The notes beneath the pieces are model-generated. The model had not been told where the DNA came from and did not search any database. It saw only the letters and a program-made list of their open reading frames with translations. A program made the translations under genes and the position numbers. Shown here piece by piece: positions 10,362-20,420 of a stretch of DNA of 64,000 nt; position 1 is the first letter of the stretch, and each line of letters starts with the position of its first letter. Source of the stretch: a virus; the IMG/VR virus record IMGVR_UViG_3300028920_000055, positions 26,052 to 90,051 of that record; one strand, 5' to 3'.

Positions 10362-12170
10362 ATGCCGCCGAAAAAAGACAATGATGAAAATGCCGAAGTA
10401 GCCTATTTAACAGGGCTTTCAAAAGCATTTAATCAGCCTAATGATTACAGAAAAACGGCTGATGGTGATATTATCACGAGTCATGCTGGTGTTGTGGACG
10501 CTGGGCTTGATTCTTATGATGATATTTGGAAAGTAAAGCCGCCATCTGTCACAACTTTTTTCGGCACATTTGATTCAGATCCAAAGGATGCTTGGTTTTA
10601 TGAGCCTTTATATCCAATACAACAGGATTTTGTAGAAGAAATGATGGGAGAAAATCCTCTTGTATGGAATATTAAATATGATGAAGGTCACGCCTTTTGG
10701 GGGAAAGGTGGCGGTAAAGATCGAACGATTGCAAAAATGTTAATATATGTAATTGTGAAATTACTTTGTATGCATAATCCACAAAAGGGGTTGGAAAAAT
10801 ATGTTGGTGAAGGTACATTGGGACATGACTGTCCTATCGATATTGCTAATGTATCTAAAGATCAGATACAGGCTAAAGATGTGTTTTTCAAAAATTTTAA
10901 GGGAATACTTAAAAATGTACGAAATCCAGAAACAGGAAAAAATTTCTTTGTAGAGCAAGGTGTGGATATTCGAGAGGGACACGATGTACAAACTACAAAT
11001 GTACAGTTCCCTCATAATATTGCTTGTCACTCCCTTAATAGTAAACAATACGCCGGAGAGGGTTTGACTTTGTTCCTTGTAGTTGCTGATGAGATTGGAG
11101 CATCTCCTACGATAAAGGTGCGGAGTCAATTAACAAGTATCAGAGAAACACTTGACTCTCGTTTTCCAAAAGTTGGGAAATTGATGTTGCTTTCTTTTAA
11201 ATACGAGCTTAACTGTGCTATGAGTATCGAGTATAAACTTGGCTTGAAAGATAAAAGAGTGTATTCCTCCAAAGCTGCAACTTGGGAAGTCAATCCTAAG
11301 AAGCACAAAAAGAATTACAAGCGTCATTATGAGAGGAATCCAGAAAAAGCCAAGATGACATTCGAGTGTGAAGATCCAGCTGATGCTGGAGGTGGATATA
11401 TAAAGCGAACATATATTATTCCGTGGAATTTAACTACCGAACAAAATCCTTTTATTGGAGAAACAATAACTACCAATTCTATTCTTTCGGTACAATTTAA
11501 AGAGTGGTTTTGGAATAAAATCGGAACCACACCTTGCGCTATTCATGTTGATTTAGCGAAAGGTGCTGTGGAAGAAGGTCAAGATTGTGCCGGGATTGCC
11601 ATGAGCCATCCGGTACTATTAAACAGACGTATTCATCCCAAGATTTCAAGTTTTTTGGAATCTATGGGTTTTGAAATATCTGAATCCGATACTAAGGCAC
11701 TTAAAAAAGGAATTGTGTTTGATTTTTATCTTCAATTAACGGCTCCACAAGGTGGAGAAATTCCTTTTGCTGATATTATTACATTTATAGCCGGATTGAA
11801 AACAAAAGGTGTAAATGTATTTAAGGTGACTTATGATGGTTGGCAAAGTGTCGGAGAAATTCAACGTATTAACAATCTTGGTATTTTAGCCGATAATCTA
11901 TCCGTTGACAGAGATACAGGCCCATATGATACTTTAGTAGATTTATTGTATTTAGGGCTTGCTCGTGGATATTTTCATCCAATTCTTTTTCGTGAATTAA
12001 AAGAATTGGAGAAATTAGAAAATGGTAAGATTGATCACCCTGAAATGTCTTGGCAAAGATTGGAAGAAGAAGGATATGAACTTGGATCCAAAGACGTTTC
12101 AGATTCTGTTGCTGGTTCGTGTTTTACTTCAATAAAAGAAATTCCAATAACAAGTGGTATTGTATTCTAA
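10362..12170 (+). CDS. terL: Terminase large subunit
   Basis: Walker A GKGGGKD, Walker B VVADE, nuclease motifs HVDLA, YDGWQS, KDVSDSVAG. Confidence 0.9.
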   Translation: MPPKKDNDENAEVAYLTGLSKAFNQPNDYRKTADGDIITSHAGVVDAGLDSYDDIWKVKPPSVTTFFGTFDSDPKDAWFYEPLYPIQQDFVEEMMGENPLVWNIKYDEGHAFWGKGGGKDRTIAKMLIYVIVKLLCMHNPQKGLEKYVGEGTLGHDCPIDIANVSKDQIQAKDVFFKNFKGILKNVRNPETGKNFFVEQGVDIREGHDVQTTNVQFPHNIACHSLNSKQYAGEGLTLFLVVADEIGASPTIKVRSQLTSIRETLDSRFPKVGKLMLLSFKYELNCAMSIEYKLGLKDKRVYSSKAATWEVNPKKHKKNYKRHYERNPEKAKMTFECEDPADAGGGYIKRTYIIPWNLTTEQNPFIGETITTNSILSVQFKEWFWNKIGTTPCAIHVDLAKGAVEEGQDCAGIAMSHPVLLNRRIHPKISSFLESMGFEISESDTKALKKGIVFDFYLQLTAPQGGEIPFADIITFIAGLKTKGVNVFKVTYDGWQSVGEIQRINNLGILADNLSVDRDTGPYDTLVDLLYLGLARGYFHPILFRELKELEKLENGKIDHPEMSWQRLEEEGYELGSKDVSDSVAGSCFTSIKEIPITSGIVF

Positions 12171-12180
12171 GGAGGATGTT

Positions 12181-12477
12181 ATGATACTCTCAACAGGAAA
12201 GTGTTACAAGTACAAAGATAAGTTGTATCATCTTGTCGGAGTGGATCCTGGTCCAAGAGATATTGGTTATCTCAAAGATCCAGCCGCCAAAGACAACCGA
12301 AAGTGGCATGTAAGGGTAAAGTTATCGCTGTTGGAGCCCATCGATGAAGACAAGTTGTCTCTTTATTTGAAAGAAAAACACTTGCGTCCAGTGATTATGG
12401 ACAAAGAAGATGAGGCGGCTTGGAAGAAATATCTCGCCGAATTGAGAGGCGACAAGGACATCATAAATGAATTCTAA
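12181..12477 (+). CDS. Hypothetical protein
   Basis: AAGGAGG RBS before ATG 12181. Confidence 0.65.
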   Translation: MILSTGKCYKYKDKLYHLVGVDPGPRDIGYLKDPAAKDNRKWHVRVKLSLLEPIDEDKLSLYLKEKHLRPVIMDKEDEAAWKKYLAELRGDKDIINEF

Positions 12478-12928
12478 GGGGGAAATTACAATGAGGGAAA
12501 GCGCAATAGCAACTGCCGGAGATGTAATATCCGGGATTGTTGATAGGATTGATGCTGAAAAAAAGCATCCGCCCGGATGTCAATGTACAGAGTGCGTTGA
12601 AAGTATGTTTACTGGAAACATTGAACGCATCAAAGGCGGTAATGGGGATTTGGATGAAAATCAAGAGCTGCTTAAACAAAGCCTTGAAACAGACGAAAAA
12701 GAGAGGGAGTTGGCCAATAAAAAGGCAATTGAAGGAGAAGGCAACAATAAATTGGCCAATTTCTCTCATATTATGAATGTCATTCTTGTCTATTTTACGG
12801 CTTCTGGAATTATGATCGCCGGTTTAAGTATGCTCGTAACATTGATTATTAATCCAACAATCCAGACCAGTTTAGCTCATGCTGTAACTATGATTGTGTT
12901 AGGCATCATCAATGAGAGGATCAAATAA
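12467..12928 (+). CDS. Hypothetical membrane protein
   Basis: HPPGCQCTEC motif; two C-terminal hydrophobic segments. Confidence 0.6.
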   Translation: MNSKGEITMRESAIATAGDVISGIVDRIDAEKKHPPGCQCTECVESMFTGNIERIKGGNGDLDENQELLKQSLETDEKERELANKKAIEGEGNNKLANFSHIMNVILVYFTASGIMIAGLSMLVTLIINPTIQTSLAHAVTMIVLGIINERIK

Positions 12929-14508
12929 TGAGTTTAGGATTTAACAAAGCGTTTACAATAGATGTTTCTACTGATCCTGCAACTCGAAAGGGCAAACTGG
13001 ATAGCTCTGAGTTTTTACAGGGTGGTGCTGGAGTAGGTATTTATGGTGGTGGAAGAAGATTGGAAGGTGGAGATACTCCCAGCAAAGTGATGGTGACTGA
13101 GCTTGATTTTCCCACTATGGAAGCTATGTATCACGGAAACGTATGGGTACGTGCTTGCATTGATAAAATAGTGAGAAGAGCCACCGCCGTAAAGCCAATG
13201 TTACGTCCCATTCTTAGAAAGCCTACAGAAAAGCCTAATCGTGTACAAAGAAAGAGAATGGATCAAATCGAACAACTATTGGCTGTTCCAAACGATATGC
13301 AGGAATCCCACGAAAGCATCCTAAAGAAGATTTTTACAGATGTATTAATTTGGGATGCCGCTGGTTTGGAGCTGGTTGGAGACAATTCCGAAATAGATGA
13401 GATATATGCTGTAAGCGGTGATACAATTCGAAAGAATGTGGATGAAAGGGGGATTTTTCGAAGCCAAAGCAGAGCCTATATCCAAAAAGAGAATTATACG
13501 GGCAAAACAGTGGCTTCTTTTGCTGCTGACGAATTGTGTTACTTTATGCAATATCCAAGAGCAAAACGGGTGTACGGATTTTCTCCACTTGAATCTCTGC
13601 GTCAAACTGTAACATCTGAATTGTATGCCGCAGAATTCAATAAAAATCGATTCGTCAACGATGCCACGCCAAGATTTGCAATGATGTTCGAGAATCTTGG
13701 AATGGGACAAGGTGAACCGGCTATCAAAAGATTACGTCAATGGTGGGATCAAGAATTGAAAGGTAAACCCCACCGACCTATTCTTATTGGTTCCGAAAAT
13801 GGTCAGATTAAATTCGAAAAAATTGGTCTGACCAATGAAGATATGCAATTCCAAGAATATTCTCGTTGGCTTCTTTCAAAGATTATGGCCGTTTATCACA
13901 TGCAAGCCGCCGTTCTTGGAGTAATCGAAATAAATCAAGGTCGCATCAATGCATCTTATCAAGAGGAACAATTCAAAAAAGATGCTTTGCGCCCATTGTT
14001 ACAGATGTATTCTAATCAATTTAACACTCTTCTCATCTGGTCAAATAGTAATTTAGGATATAACGATATTTATTTGACTTGGGAAGGATTAGATGCTCTG
14101 GATAGATTGGCGGAAGCCGAAATACACGAAATATATTTGCGATATGGAGTGTTTACCATTAATATGGTATTGAAAGAATTGGGTATGGAATCTGTTCCTT
14201 GGGGAGATGTTCCATACTTGCTTAATCAAATGCTCCCAATCGAAATGCATCCGGAAGAAAAGCGCGAAACAGAGCCGGGACGTAAGCCTGGTGAAAAGCC
14301 TGAGCTATCCGAAACAACTTATGTTGACGAGAACGGAAAGCTCAATGTGGAGAAATGGTTAAGAGCCGGATTGACGAAAGGTGGGCTTATTCCAACAGGT
14401 TTGGAACGAGTGGAGAAGAGTGAATTGAAAGAAGCCATTTCTCGAATCAAACGAAATAGACAACAAATAAGATCGGCTAAAGTCATTGATTTCACGGAGT
14501 TGGAATAA
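12928..14508 (+). CDS. Portal protein (HK97-like family)
   Basis: WVRACIDKI, YGFSPLE, DMQFQE motifs; lies between TerL and the protease. Confidence 0.92.
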   Translation: MSLGFNKAFTIDVSTDPATRKGKLDSSEFLQGGAGVGIYGGGRRLEGGDTPSKVMVTELDFPTMEAMYHGNVWVRACIDKIVRRATAVKPMLRPILRKPTEKPNRVQRKRMDQIEQLLAVPNDMQESHESILKKIFTDVLIWDAAGLELVGDNSEIDEIYAVSGDTIRKNVDERGIFRSQSRAYIQKENYTGKTVASFAADELCYFMQYPRAKRVYGFSPLESLRQTVTSELYAAEFNKNRFVNDATPRFAMMFENLGMGQGEPAIKRLRQWWDQELKGKPHRPILIGSENGQIKFEKIGLTNEDMQFQEYSRWLLSKIMAVYHMQAAVLGVIEINQGRINASYQEEQFKKDALRPLLQMYSNQFNTLLIWSNSNLGYNDIYLTWEGLDALDRLAEAEIHEIYLRYGVFTINMVLKELGMESVPWGDVPYLLNQMLPIEMHPEEKRETEPGRKPGEKPELSETTYVDENGKLNVEKWLRAGLTKGGLIPTGLERVEKSELKEAISRIKRNRQQIRSAKVIDFTELE

Positions 14509-14611
14509 AACAACTCTAATAAGTTTGTAAAGTTGTCTTAGCTCTTTTAAATGTTATAAATTTTAATTATATTATAATCGTTATAAGTTAACTGCTCATA
14601 AGGGAACAAGG

Positions 14612-16309
14612 ATGCCTTACAGTTATCCCAACAATATACCATCTTGGGCTAAGAATCTGCCAACAGGTGCTCAGAAAAAGGCAATTTCTGCTTTTAATTC
14701 TGTTTTAAGGGACAATGGAACAGAAGAAGAAGCAAGAATAGCCGCTTGGGCAAATGTTAGGCGCGATTATAAAAAGTCTGGTGGTAAATGGGTGAAGAAA
14801 ACTTTTTCAATCCAGATTGATGACATCGTCACCTTGGACGAGTTGACAGATGACATCTTGGAGTTACCTGGTAAGTTACCCGTTGTCTGGATGAAATTGT
14901 TTAATGGCCTGGTTGAGAAACAAGTAAGTGTCCCCCTTGCGAGACAGAAGGTATGGGAAAGCATTAAAAAGTATGTGTATCAAACAAGGGATGGCAGTTG
15001 GAAATTCAAAAAACTGTTACCCGCCGAACGAATACTTTTTAATGACACGAACAAAGAGAGGGTTCCAAAGATGCTGATCTTTAAACAGTCAAATTCCAAA
15101 GATGGCCTCTTCAAAATGTTCATTCCTTTCCAAAAGGGTGTACAAACTGACCCCACTGGGAAAAAATTCTTGAAGGGCATCGCTTCTGGTAATTGGGTTG
15201 ATCGAGAATCCGATCAGATCATGCCCACTTTTATCAAGAAAATGCACAGTGTGGCTATTGGAAAGCCTGTCTTTGTAGATCACAAAAGAGATCAGGATCA
15301 CTTAATCGGAAGTGTTGTAAAGTCAGATGGTGATGATGACAAGTTCATTCCCACCACTGAACTTGAAGATGCTTTCGATAAGGAAAACCAAGAGGGCAAC
15401 ATACAAGTATCCACTCTCTTGAAAAGAATGGATAGGGGAATTAAATTTGCCTATTCCATTGGCGGTAGAATAACCAAAGCCGCAAAAGTTTGGCGCGAAG
15501 ATTTGAAAAAATTTGTGCGTCAAATTTACGATGGAGAGTTGTACGAAGTAAGTGTTGTTCCTGTTGGCGCCCTTCCTGGTTCCGATGTAGTCATGTTTTC
15601 CAAAAATCTCACTGACGAAATGTTCGAAAAAGATGAGTTGGACGAGGAATTCGAACAACTTATGAAGAGTGCTGGTGTGGACATCTCTAAGATCGAAGGA
15701 GATGTGGAGGTTCCTGTCATTGGGAGAATGGAAGAAGATGATTACTTTTGGCTTGATTTTGATAAGGCTGTTGACGCTTTTTCCGATCTAAGTATGGATC
15801 AACCCAAAGTCGAGGATGTTGATGTAGATTCCTTGTCAAAAGAGTGTTTCATACTACAGAAGAGCAAAAGATTCCCTTACAAATTTAATGACAATGAAAG
15901 TGGGGAGAATCTGTTACATCTTGGATTGCTTGACAAGTCTTTCCAAGAAGCTCACGATCAAGCCAAACATGATTCAGAAGCCAAGCTGGCTTATGAGTTA
16001 ATAAATGGTATCCGCAAGACTCTCGGCATCAAGGACAAATATTACAATTTCATCGATTTTCGGAAACTGTTGGTTGGCACAATCGGAGAAGCCATTGAGG
16101 CTCGTCAAGCAAGACAGAGGCTTTACGATGTGTTTGACGAATTCAACAGTTCTGTTTATCAAGTCATTTGGTCGGATGCATCTGTAGCCGAAAAGAAATC
16201 GGATATTGATGGATTGGCGGATCAATTGAAGAATGAGATTGATGAATTGTCGGTCGCTATGTCGCAAGAGGTTGTGGTTGCCATGAAATCGCTATCTGTT
16301 AAGGAGTAA
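14612..16309 (+). CDS. Prohead protease with N-terminal ChaB-like domains
   Basis: LP.GAQ...AFN....AAWANVRRDYKK.GGKW (ChaB-like); GIAS..VDRESD, DH, YSIGG, LYEVSVV (HK97-type protease). Confidence 0.85.
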   Translation: MPYSYPNNIPSWAKNLPTGAQKKAISAFNSVLRDNGTEEEARIAAWANVRRDYKKSGGKWVKKTFSIQIDDIVTLDELTDDILELPGKLPVVWMKLFNGLVEKQVSVPLARQKVWESIKKYVYQTRDGSWKFKKLLPAERILFNDTNKERVPKMLIFKQSNSKDGLFKMFIPFQKGVQTDPTGKKFLKGIASGNWVDRESDQIMPTFIKKMHSVAIGKPVFVDHKRDQDHLIGSVVKSDGDDDKFIPTTELEDAFDKENQEGNIQVSTLLKRMDRGIKFAYSIGGRITKAAKVWREDLKKFVRQIYDGELYEVSVVPVGALPGSDVVMFSKNLTDEMFEKDELDEEFEQLMKSAGVDISKIEGDVEVPVIGRMEEDDYFWLDFDKAVDAFSDLSMDQPKVEDVDVDSLSKECFILQKSKRFPYKFNDNESGENLLHLGLLDKSFQEAHDQAKHDSEAKLAYELINGIRKTLGIKDKYYNFIDFRKLLVGTIGEAIEARQARQRLYDVFDEFNSSVYQVIWSDASVAEKKSDIDGLADQLKNEIDELSVAMSQEVVVAMKSLSVKE

Positions 16310-16314
16310 TTACA

Positions 16315-17046
16315 ATGCCGAAGCAAAAGATTGCCGGTAAGAAGATCACCAAAACAGCAGACGAAGCCATCAACAAGATGCTGGAAAGTATCGCTGATGA
16401 GGCTTTGGGAAAGAGTGCCGATGATGGTGACGATGAGGAATATGTCACCATGGATCAGTTGGAAGAGTTCGGCAAGGGTCTGCTGAAACAGGTGCTTGAT
16501 GGAACAAAAGAGAAATTCGATGGTATCGAAAAGACTCTGAAAGCCATCAAGGACAGCGTGACCGATCAAACCGATGGTGATGAAGAGGATGATGAAGAGG
16601 ATGAGAAGATCAACAAGAAAGCCAAGAAGTCCAAGTCCAAGGACAAGAAGGAGCTGAACAAGTCCAAGGATGAAGACGATGAAGATGAGGATGAAGACGA
16701 GGATGATGAGGATTGGGATGAAAAGGACAAGTCCTCCAAGAAGATCAAGAAGTCCAAGGACAAGAACAAGTCCAAGGATGAGGATGATGAGGATGAAGAC
16801 ACAGCTATCGAAAAGGCTGTGGAGAAAGTTCTTACCAAGGCACTTGGAAAAGGCGTTTCCGGTCGCAAGAGCCATGTCGTTGTCGATGGAAAGTTGGTGA
16901 AGTCTGTTGACGGCGAAGTGCCTGAAAATGCTGTAACAATCGATGTTGATAACATCGATATGGAAGATTGGAACGCTCTGCCTGAAGAGACGAGGAACAA
17001 GATCGTTGCTCGTGAATTCAAAGAGCGAATGTTTGGTTCCAAATAA
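16315..17046 (+). CDS. Capsid scaffolding protein with alternating acidic and basic tracts
   Basis: Between protease and MCP; AAGGAG RBS; KSKD repeats and D/E runs. Confidence 0.7.
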   Translation: MPKQKIAGKKITKTADEAINKMLESIADEALGKSADDGDDEEYVTMDQLEEFGKGLLKQVLDGTKEKFDGIEKTLKAIKDSVTDQTDGDEEDDEEDEKINKKAKKSKSKDKKELNKSKDEDDEDEDEDEDDEDWDEKDKSSKKIKKSKDKNKSKDEDDEDEDTAIEKAVEKVLTKALGKGVSGRKSHVVVDGKLVKSVDGEVPENAVTIDVDNIDMEDWNALPEETRNKIVAREFKERMFGSK

Positions 17047-17097
17047 TCTGGCTGCGGCCAGCACGGATATACTCGAACTGTGATGGAGGATGTAGTC

Positions 17098-18102
17098 ATG
17101 CCGAAACTCGGAACTCTGACAGATGCTATTCAGAAGGCATTGACCACAACCGCTGGTAGTGGTGGTGACTTTCTGCCAACACCACTCGCGGCCACCTACA
17201 TCGATCTTGTTCGGGATTTGACGGTTTTCCGTCAAGTGTTTCGTGTGATACCGATGCCCGGAAAGACTTTTGACTTTCCGAAAATTTTGAGTGGGCCGTC
17301 TGTGTATTACGAAAGCACAGAGCTTACTCAAGAGGCAATCGAAACCACAATGACCACAGGTACAGTCAGGCTAACGGCTCGTAAGTTCATGGCCCAATTG
17401 AAAGCGTCTGAGGAAATCTTTGAAGATTCCTCGCAAAACATGGACGCTATCATTCGGGAGCATTTTGCCCGCGCCATGGCCGAAGCTGAAGAGGAAACCT
17501 GCCTTGTTGGTGACAGAAGCCACACTGCGGCTTCTGGAACCGAAGCCGCAGCCACTGAAGCCAATTGGTACACTAAAGACCATAGGCTCGCGTGGAATGG
17601 AATCCTCACCCTCGCTGGGGACATTGTCGGAACACTTTCTGCCGGAAACCGCGCCGCCAATCGTGTTGATTCGTCTGGTGCTGGAATGTCCACTGCCCTC
17701 ATTCGTCAGCTTCTGTACAATCTCGGAAAGTATGGTCGCCGGATGAGCGATATAGTGGTCTTTTGCAACCCCTGGTCGGTTAACCAGCTGTTGGACGATT
17801 CGAAACTGGTGACTCTTGACAAGTATGGCCCGAAAGCCACCATTTTCACCGGTGAGTTTGGGAAGCTGTACGGAAAGATCACGATGATCAACAGCGATTG
17901 GTGTACTGACGGCTATGCCGTTGGTACGCACAAATCTAATGTGGTTCTTGGTGATCGCCGGAAGATCAAGCTCAAGAGCGAGGAAATGATTGAATACGAT
18001 GCAAGACGTTTCGTCATTTCCCAGCGTGCCGATATGGCATGTGAACACCAAGACGCATTGTGCCAAATCCACGACCTGGATCAGCCGAGCACATGGAGTT
18101 AA
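17098..18102 (+). CDS. Major capsid protein (HK97 fold)
   Basis: ALTT.AGSGG.FLP, SEEIFEDS, LYG motifs; GGAGG at 17085-17089 supports ATG 17098; strong codon bias. Confidence 0.93.
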   Translation: MPKLGTLTDAIQKALTTTAGSGGDFLPTPLAATYIDLVRDLTVFRQVFRVIPMPGKTFDFPKILSGPSVYYESTELTQEAIETTMTTGTVRLTARKFMAQLKASEEIFEDSSQNMDAIIREHFARAMAEAEEETCLVGDRSHTAASGTEAAATEANWYTKDHRLAWNGILTLAGDIVGTLSAGNRAANRVDSSGAGMSTALIRQLLYNLGKYGRRMSDIVVFCNPWSVNQLLDDSKLVTLDKYGPKATIFTGEFGKLYGKITMINSDWCTDGYAVGTHKSNVVLGDRRKIKLKSEEMIEYDARRFVISQRADMACEHQDALCQIHDLDQPSTWS

Positions 18103-18128
18103 TGTGCTGATGTAGTGATTCTGAAACT

Positions 18129-18162
18129 GATGGGCCTCTGTAAAGGGGCCCATCTTTCTTTT
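18129..18162 (+). terminator. Intrinsic terminator after the MCP gene
   Basis: GATGGGCCTCT-GTAA-AGGGGCCCATC 11-bp stem, GNRA loop, then TTTCTTTT. Confidence 0.85.
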
Positions 18163-18179
18163 AACTGTTGAGGAAAGAC

Positions 18180-20420
18180 ATGAACAGACCAGAAGAAGGT
18201 GGTTTTATTTCGGGCAGTAAAAACATTATCAATGTAGGCCCGGAAGGAAAGAAAAAGGCGTATCCATCAGGAATCATTGATACAAAATCATTGGTGGTTC
18301 CGAACGAATCTGCTATTGATGGATCTAATATTTCTATTGGACAAGATGACACTCATTTTATGATTAAATTGTCCAAAGATTTTCTTGTGTCAGCCAGCAG
18401 AGAAGATGTTTTAAATTTAGTAAAAATGGCCTTATCCCCTATGTTTCTCTCCTTACCAAAAGATGATGCTATTCAAAAAGATATTGATGAAGAAAAGAAA
18501 AAACCAATTTCCGGCAAAGGAATTGCTATTTTTATGGACATGTTGTCACATTATACTGGCGGAAGATATAGTGTGGTACATCAAGGGGTGCTGCTCGCAG
18601 AAAATTTTGAAGTAACAATCGTAGCCAATCGAGAAATCCCATTTTTAAAAGATTTTAGGAACTATCCCGGCTATAACAATTTAAAAGTCGTAGTGGATTC
18701 TCAGTGGAGAATGAATGAACCTGAAAATCCTTATTTTCTTGTAATTGGATTGCCCGTAGACGCTGCCCAATATGCTTATGTTTATTGTCAAAAATGGAAA
18801 ATTCCTTTTTTCTGCTATATGTTTGAAAGTCCCAATTATGTATCTGAATATCGATCTGGCCCTGATTCTACAGAGGATTTTTGGGCTAATTTTAAAAAAG
18901 TGATAGAGAAAGCAGATGTTCGTCTTTCTCCCAGTGAAATAAGCAGTAAATATTTACAAGATTGGATCAAATTGTATGATAATAGCTTTCATGTCGTATA
19001 TCCTTGTATGAATACTCTCGTGGCAGATAAAGCCGCCGAAAGACCAATCAAAGAATACGATAAAGACCTTGTGTATGTTTCTCGAATGACTTCTTTTAAA
19101 AATCCATTGACTATCATTAAAGAGTTAGATCGAAGAAATTACAGCGGAACTTTACATATCATTGGAAAGATTTGGCAAGATAATGCTATTCCAGTCGATG
19201 CTTTCAAGAATGTTAAGATAAAAATACATGGTCAATTGGATGATTATGAAAAGTTTCGCATTATTGCTTCTTGCAAAGCATTGATTTTCCCAAGCAAATT
19301 CGAAGGTTTTGGTATGCCACCAATGGAGGCACTGTATTTTAATAAACCTGTAATTTGTTATCGATTGCCTGTATTGGAAGAGGTGTACGGAGACCACCTT
19401 GTTTATGTGGACGGAAATTATCGAACTTTTGTATCAAGAGTGTTCGAAGTATTAAAGAATTATCAATTATACATTCCAAATTGGAAGCCTCCATTTTCTT
19501 CTCCGGATGCTTGTAAGAGAAAATTGCTTAATATAATCCCCAAGCGAAAAATGCAAAAAGTATCTGTAGGAATTTTGGCTTTTAATTGTAATGATTATTT
19601 GCCATACGTTATAAAATCTTGTTATGACGAAGTGGATGAAATAGTCATTTGTGAAGGGCCAGTAAAAGGATTCGAATATGGTGCTACAGAAGAATATCAC
19701 AGCTCCGATGGTACTTGGGAGTGGCTCACGGATGATACTGGTCTCGGAATTGAAGATCCAAAGAATAAAGTTAGAATTATAGCAAGAAATGATAAAAGAG
19801 CTTGGTATGATAAAATAGAAATGCAGAACGCTATTGCGGAACGAGTAACAGGAGATATTTATATCAAGATGGATTCCGATGAAGTTTGGGATCCAAGAAC
19901 AATAAGGTCTGTTGTAGAATATATGATTATGAATAAAAATGTAGATATTATTCGAATGCCTTTTCTACATTTTTGGACATCTTTTGATAAAGTCGCTGTG
20001 GATGCTGGTGGTAAATGGGGAACTTGTCACCCACGAATATGGAGATGGCGCAGAAGTTTCCGACATCGTAAAACATTTAATGCTTTTCAAGATACTGCTC
20101 ACGATAATAGAATGGTAGCAGAACCATTCTTTGTTGAGCATACTTGGGAGGCTGAAGAGGGTGTAATATTTCATTTTGGTTATGCGAGAAAATTATACTA
20201 TGTGAATCAAAAATTGAGATATTATGCCGGAAGGCAAATAGAAAAAGTTGTAAAAACTGGTACATACGAGAATTGGAGAACACTTAAAGATTCTACCCAA
20301 CCTACACAAAATGTTAGAAGTTGGGCTGTCAAATTTAATAAGGAATTGTTGCCTCCAATAATGAAGGAGCATCCTTATTACGAGATAGACGACATAAGGA
20401 AACTGGAAGATGAAGGATAA
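18180..20420 (+). CDS. Two-domain glycosyltransferase: GT4 (GT-B) fused to GT2 (GT-A)
   Basis: FPSKFEGFGMPPMEA (GT4 E-x7-E); SSDGT and MDSDE (GT2); GAGG RBS before ATG 18180. Confidence 0.9.
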   Translation: MNRPEEGGFISGSKNIINVGPEGKKKAYPSGIIDTKSLVVPNESAIDGSNISIGQDDTHFMIKLSKDFLVSASREDVLNLVKMALSPMFLSLPKDDAIQKDIDEEKKKPISGKGIAIFMDMLSHYTGGRYSVVHQGVLLAENFEVTIVANREIPFLKDFRNYPGYNNLKVVVDSQWRMNEPENPYFLVIGLPVDAAQYAYVYCQKWKIPFFCYMFESPNYVSEYRSGPDSTEDFWANFKKVIEKADVRLSPSEISSKYLQDWIKLYDNSFHVVYPCMNTLVADKAAERPIKEYDKDLVYVSRMTSFKNPLTIIKELDRRNYSGTLHIIGKIWQDNAIPVDAFKNVKIKIHGQLDDYEKFRIIASCKALIFPSKFEGFGMPPMEALYFNKPVICYRLPVLEEVYGDHLVYVDGNYRTFVSRVFEVLKNYQLYIPNWKPPFSSPDACKRKLLNIIPKRKMQKVSVGILAFNCNDYLPYVIKSCYDEVDEIVICEGPVKGFEYGATEEYHSSDGTWEWLTDDTGLGIEDPKNKVRIIARNDKRAWYDKIEMQNAIAERVTGDIYIKMDSDEVWDPRTIRSVVEYMIMNKNVDIIRMPFLHFWTSFDKVAVDAGGKWGTCHPRIWRWRRSFRHRKTFNAFQDTAHDNRMVAEPFFVEHTWEAEEGVIFHFGYARKLYYVNQKLRYYAGRQIEKVVKTGTYENWRTLKDSTQPTQNVRSWAVKFNKELLPPIMKEHPYYEIDDIRKLEDEG

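Noticed and set aside
10362-12170. Inteins or introns in TerL, DnaB or DnaE
   Set aside because: Lengths and motif spacing are normal; no C/S...HN-C/S/T junctions or homing-endonuclease motifs were seen.
17044-17098. Scaffold and MCP are in frame and separated by a single TAA (possible read-through fusion)
   Set aside because: One-in-three chance, TAA is rarely read through, and the MCP has its own GGAGG RBS. The small CTGGC-TGCG-GCCAG hairpin is more simply an mRNA-stability element.
16222-18153. Long minus-strand ORFs (369 aa and 260 aa) opposite the scaffold and MCP genes
   Set aside because: Antisense shadows produced by biased codon usage and low-complexity sequence; no RBS or recognisable motifs.
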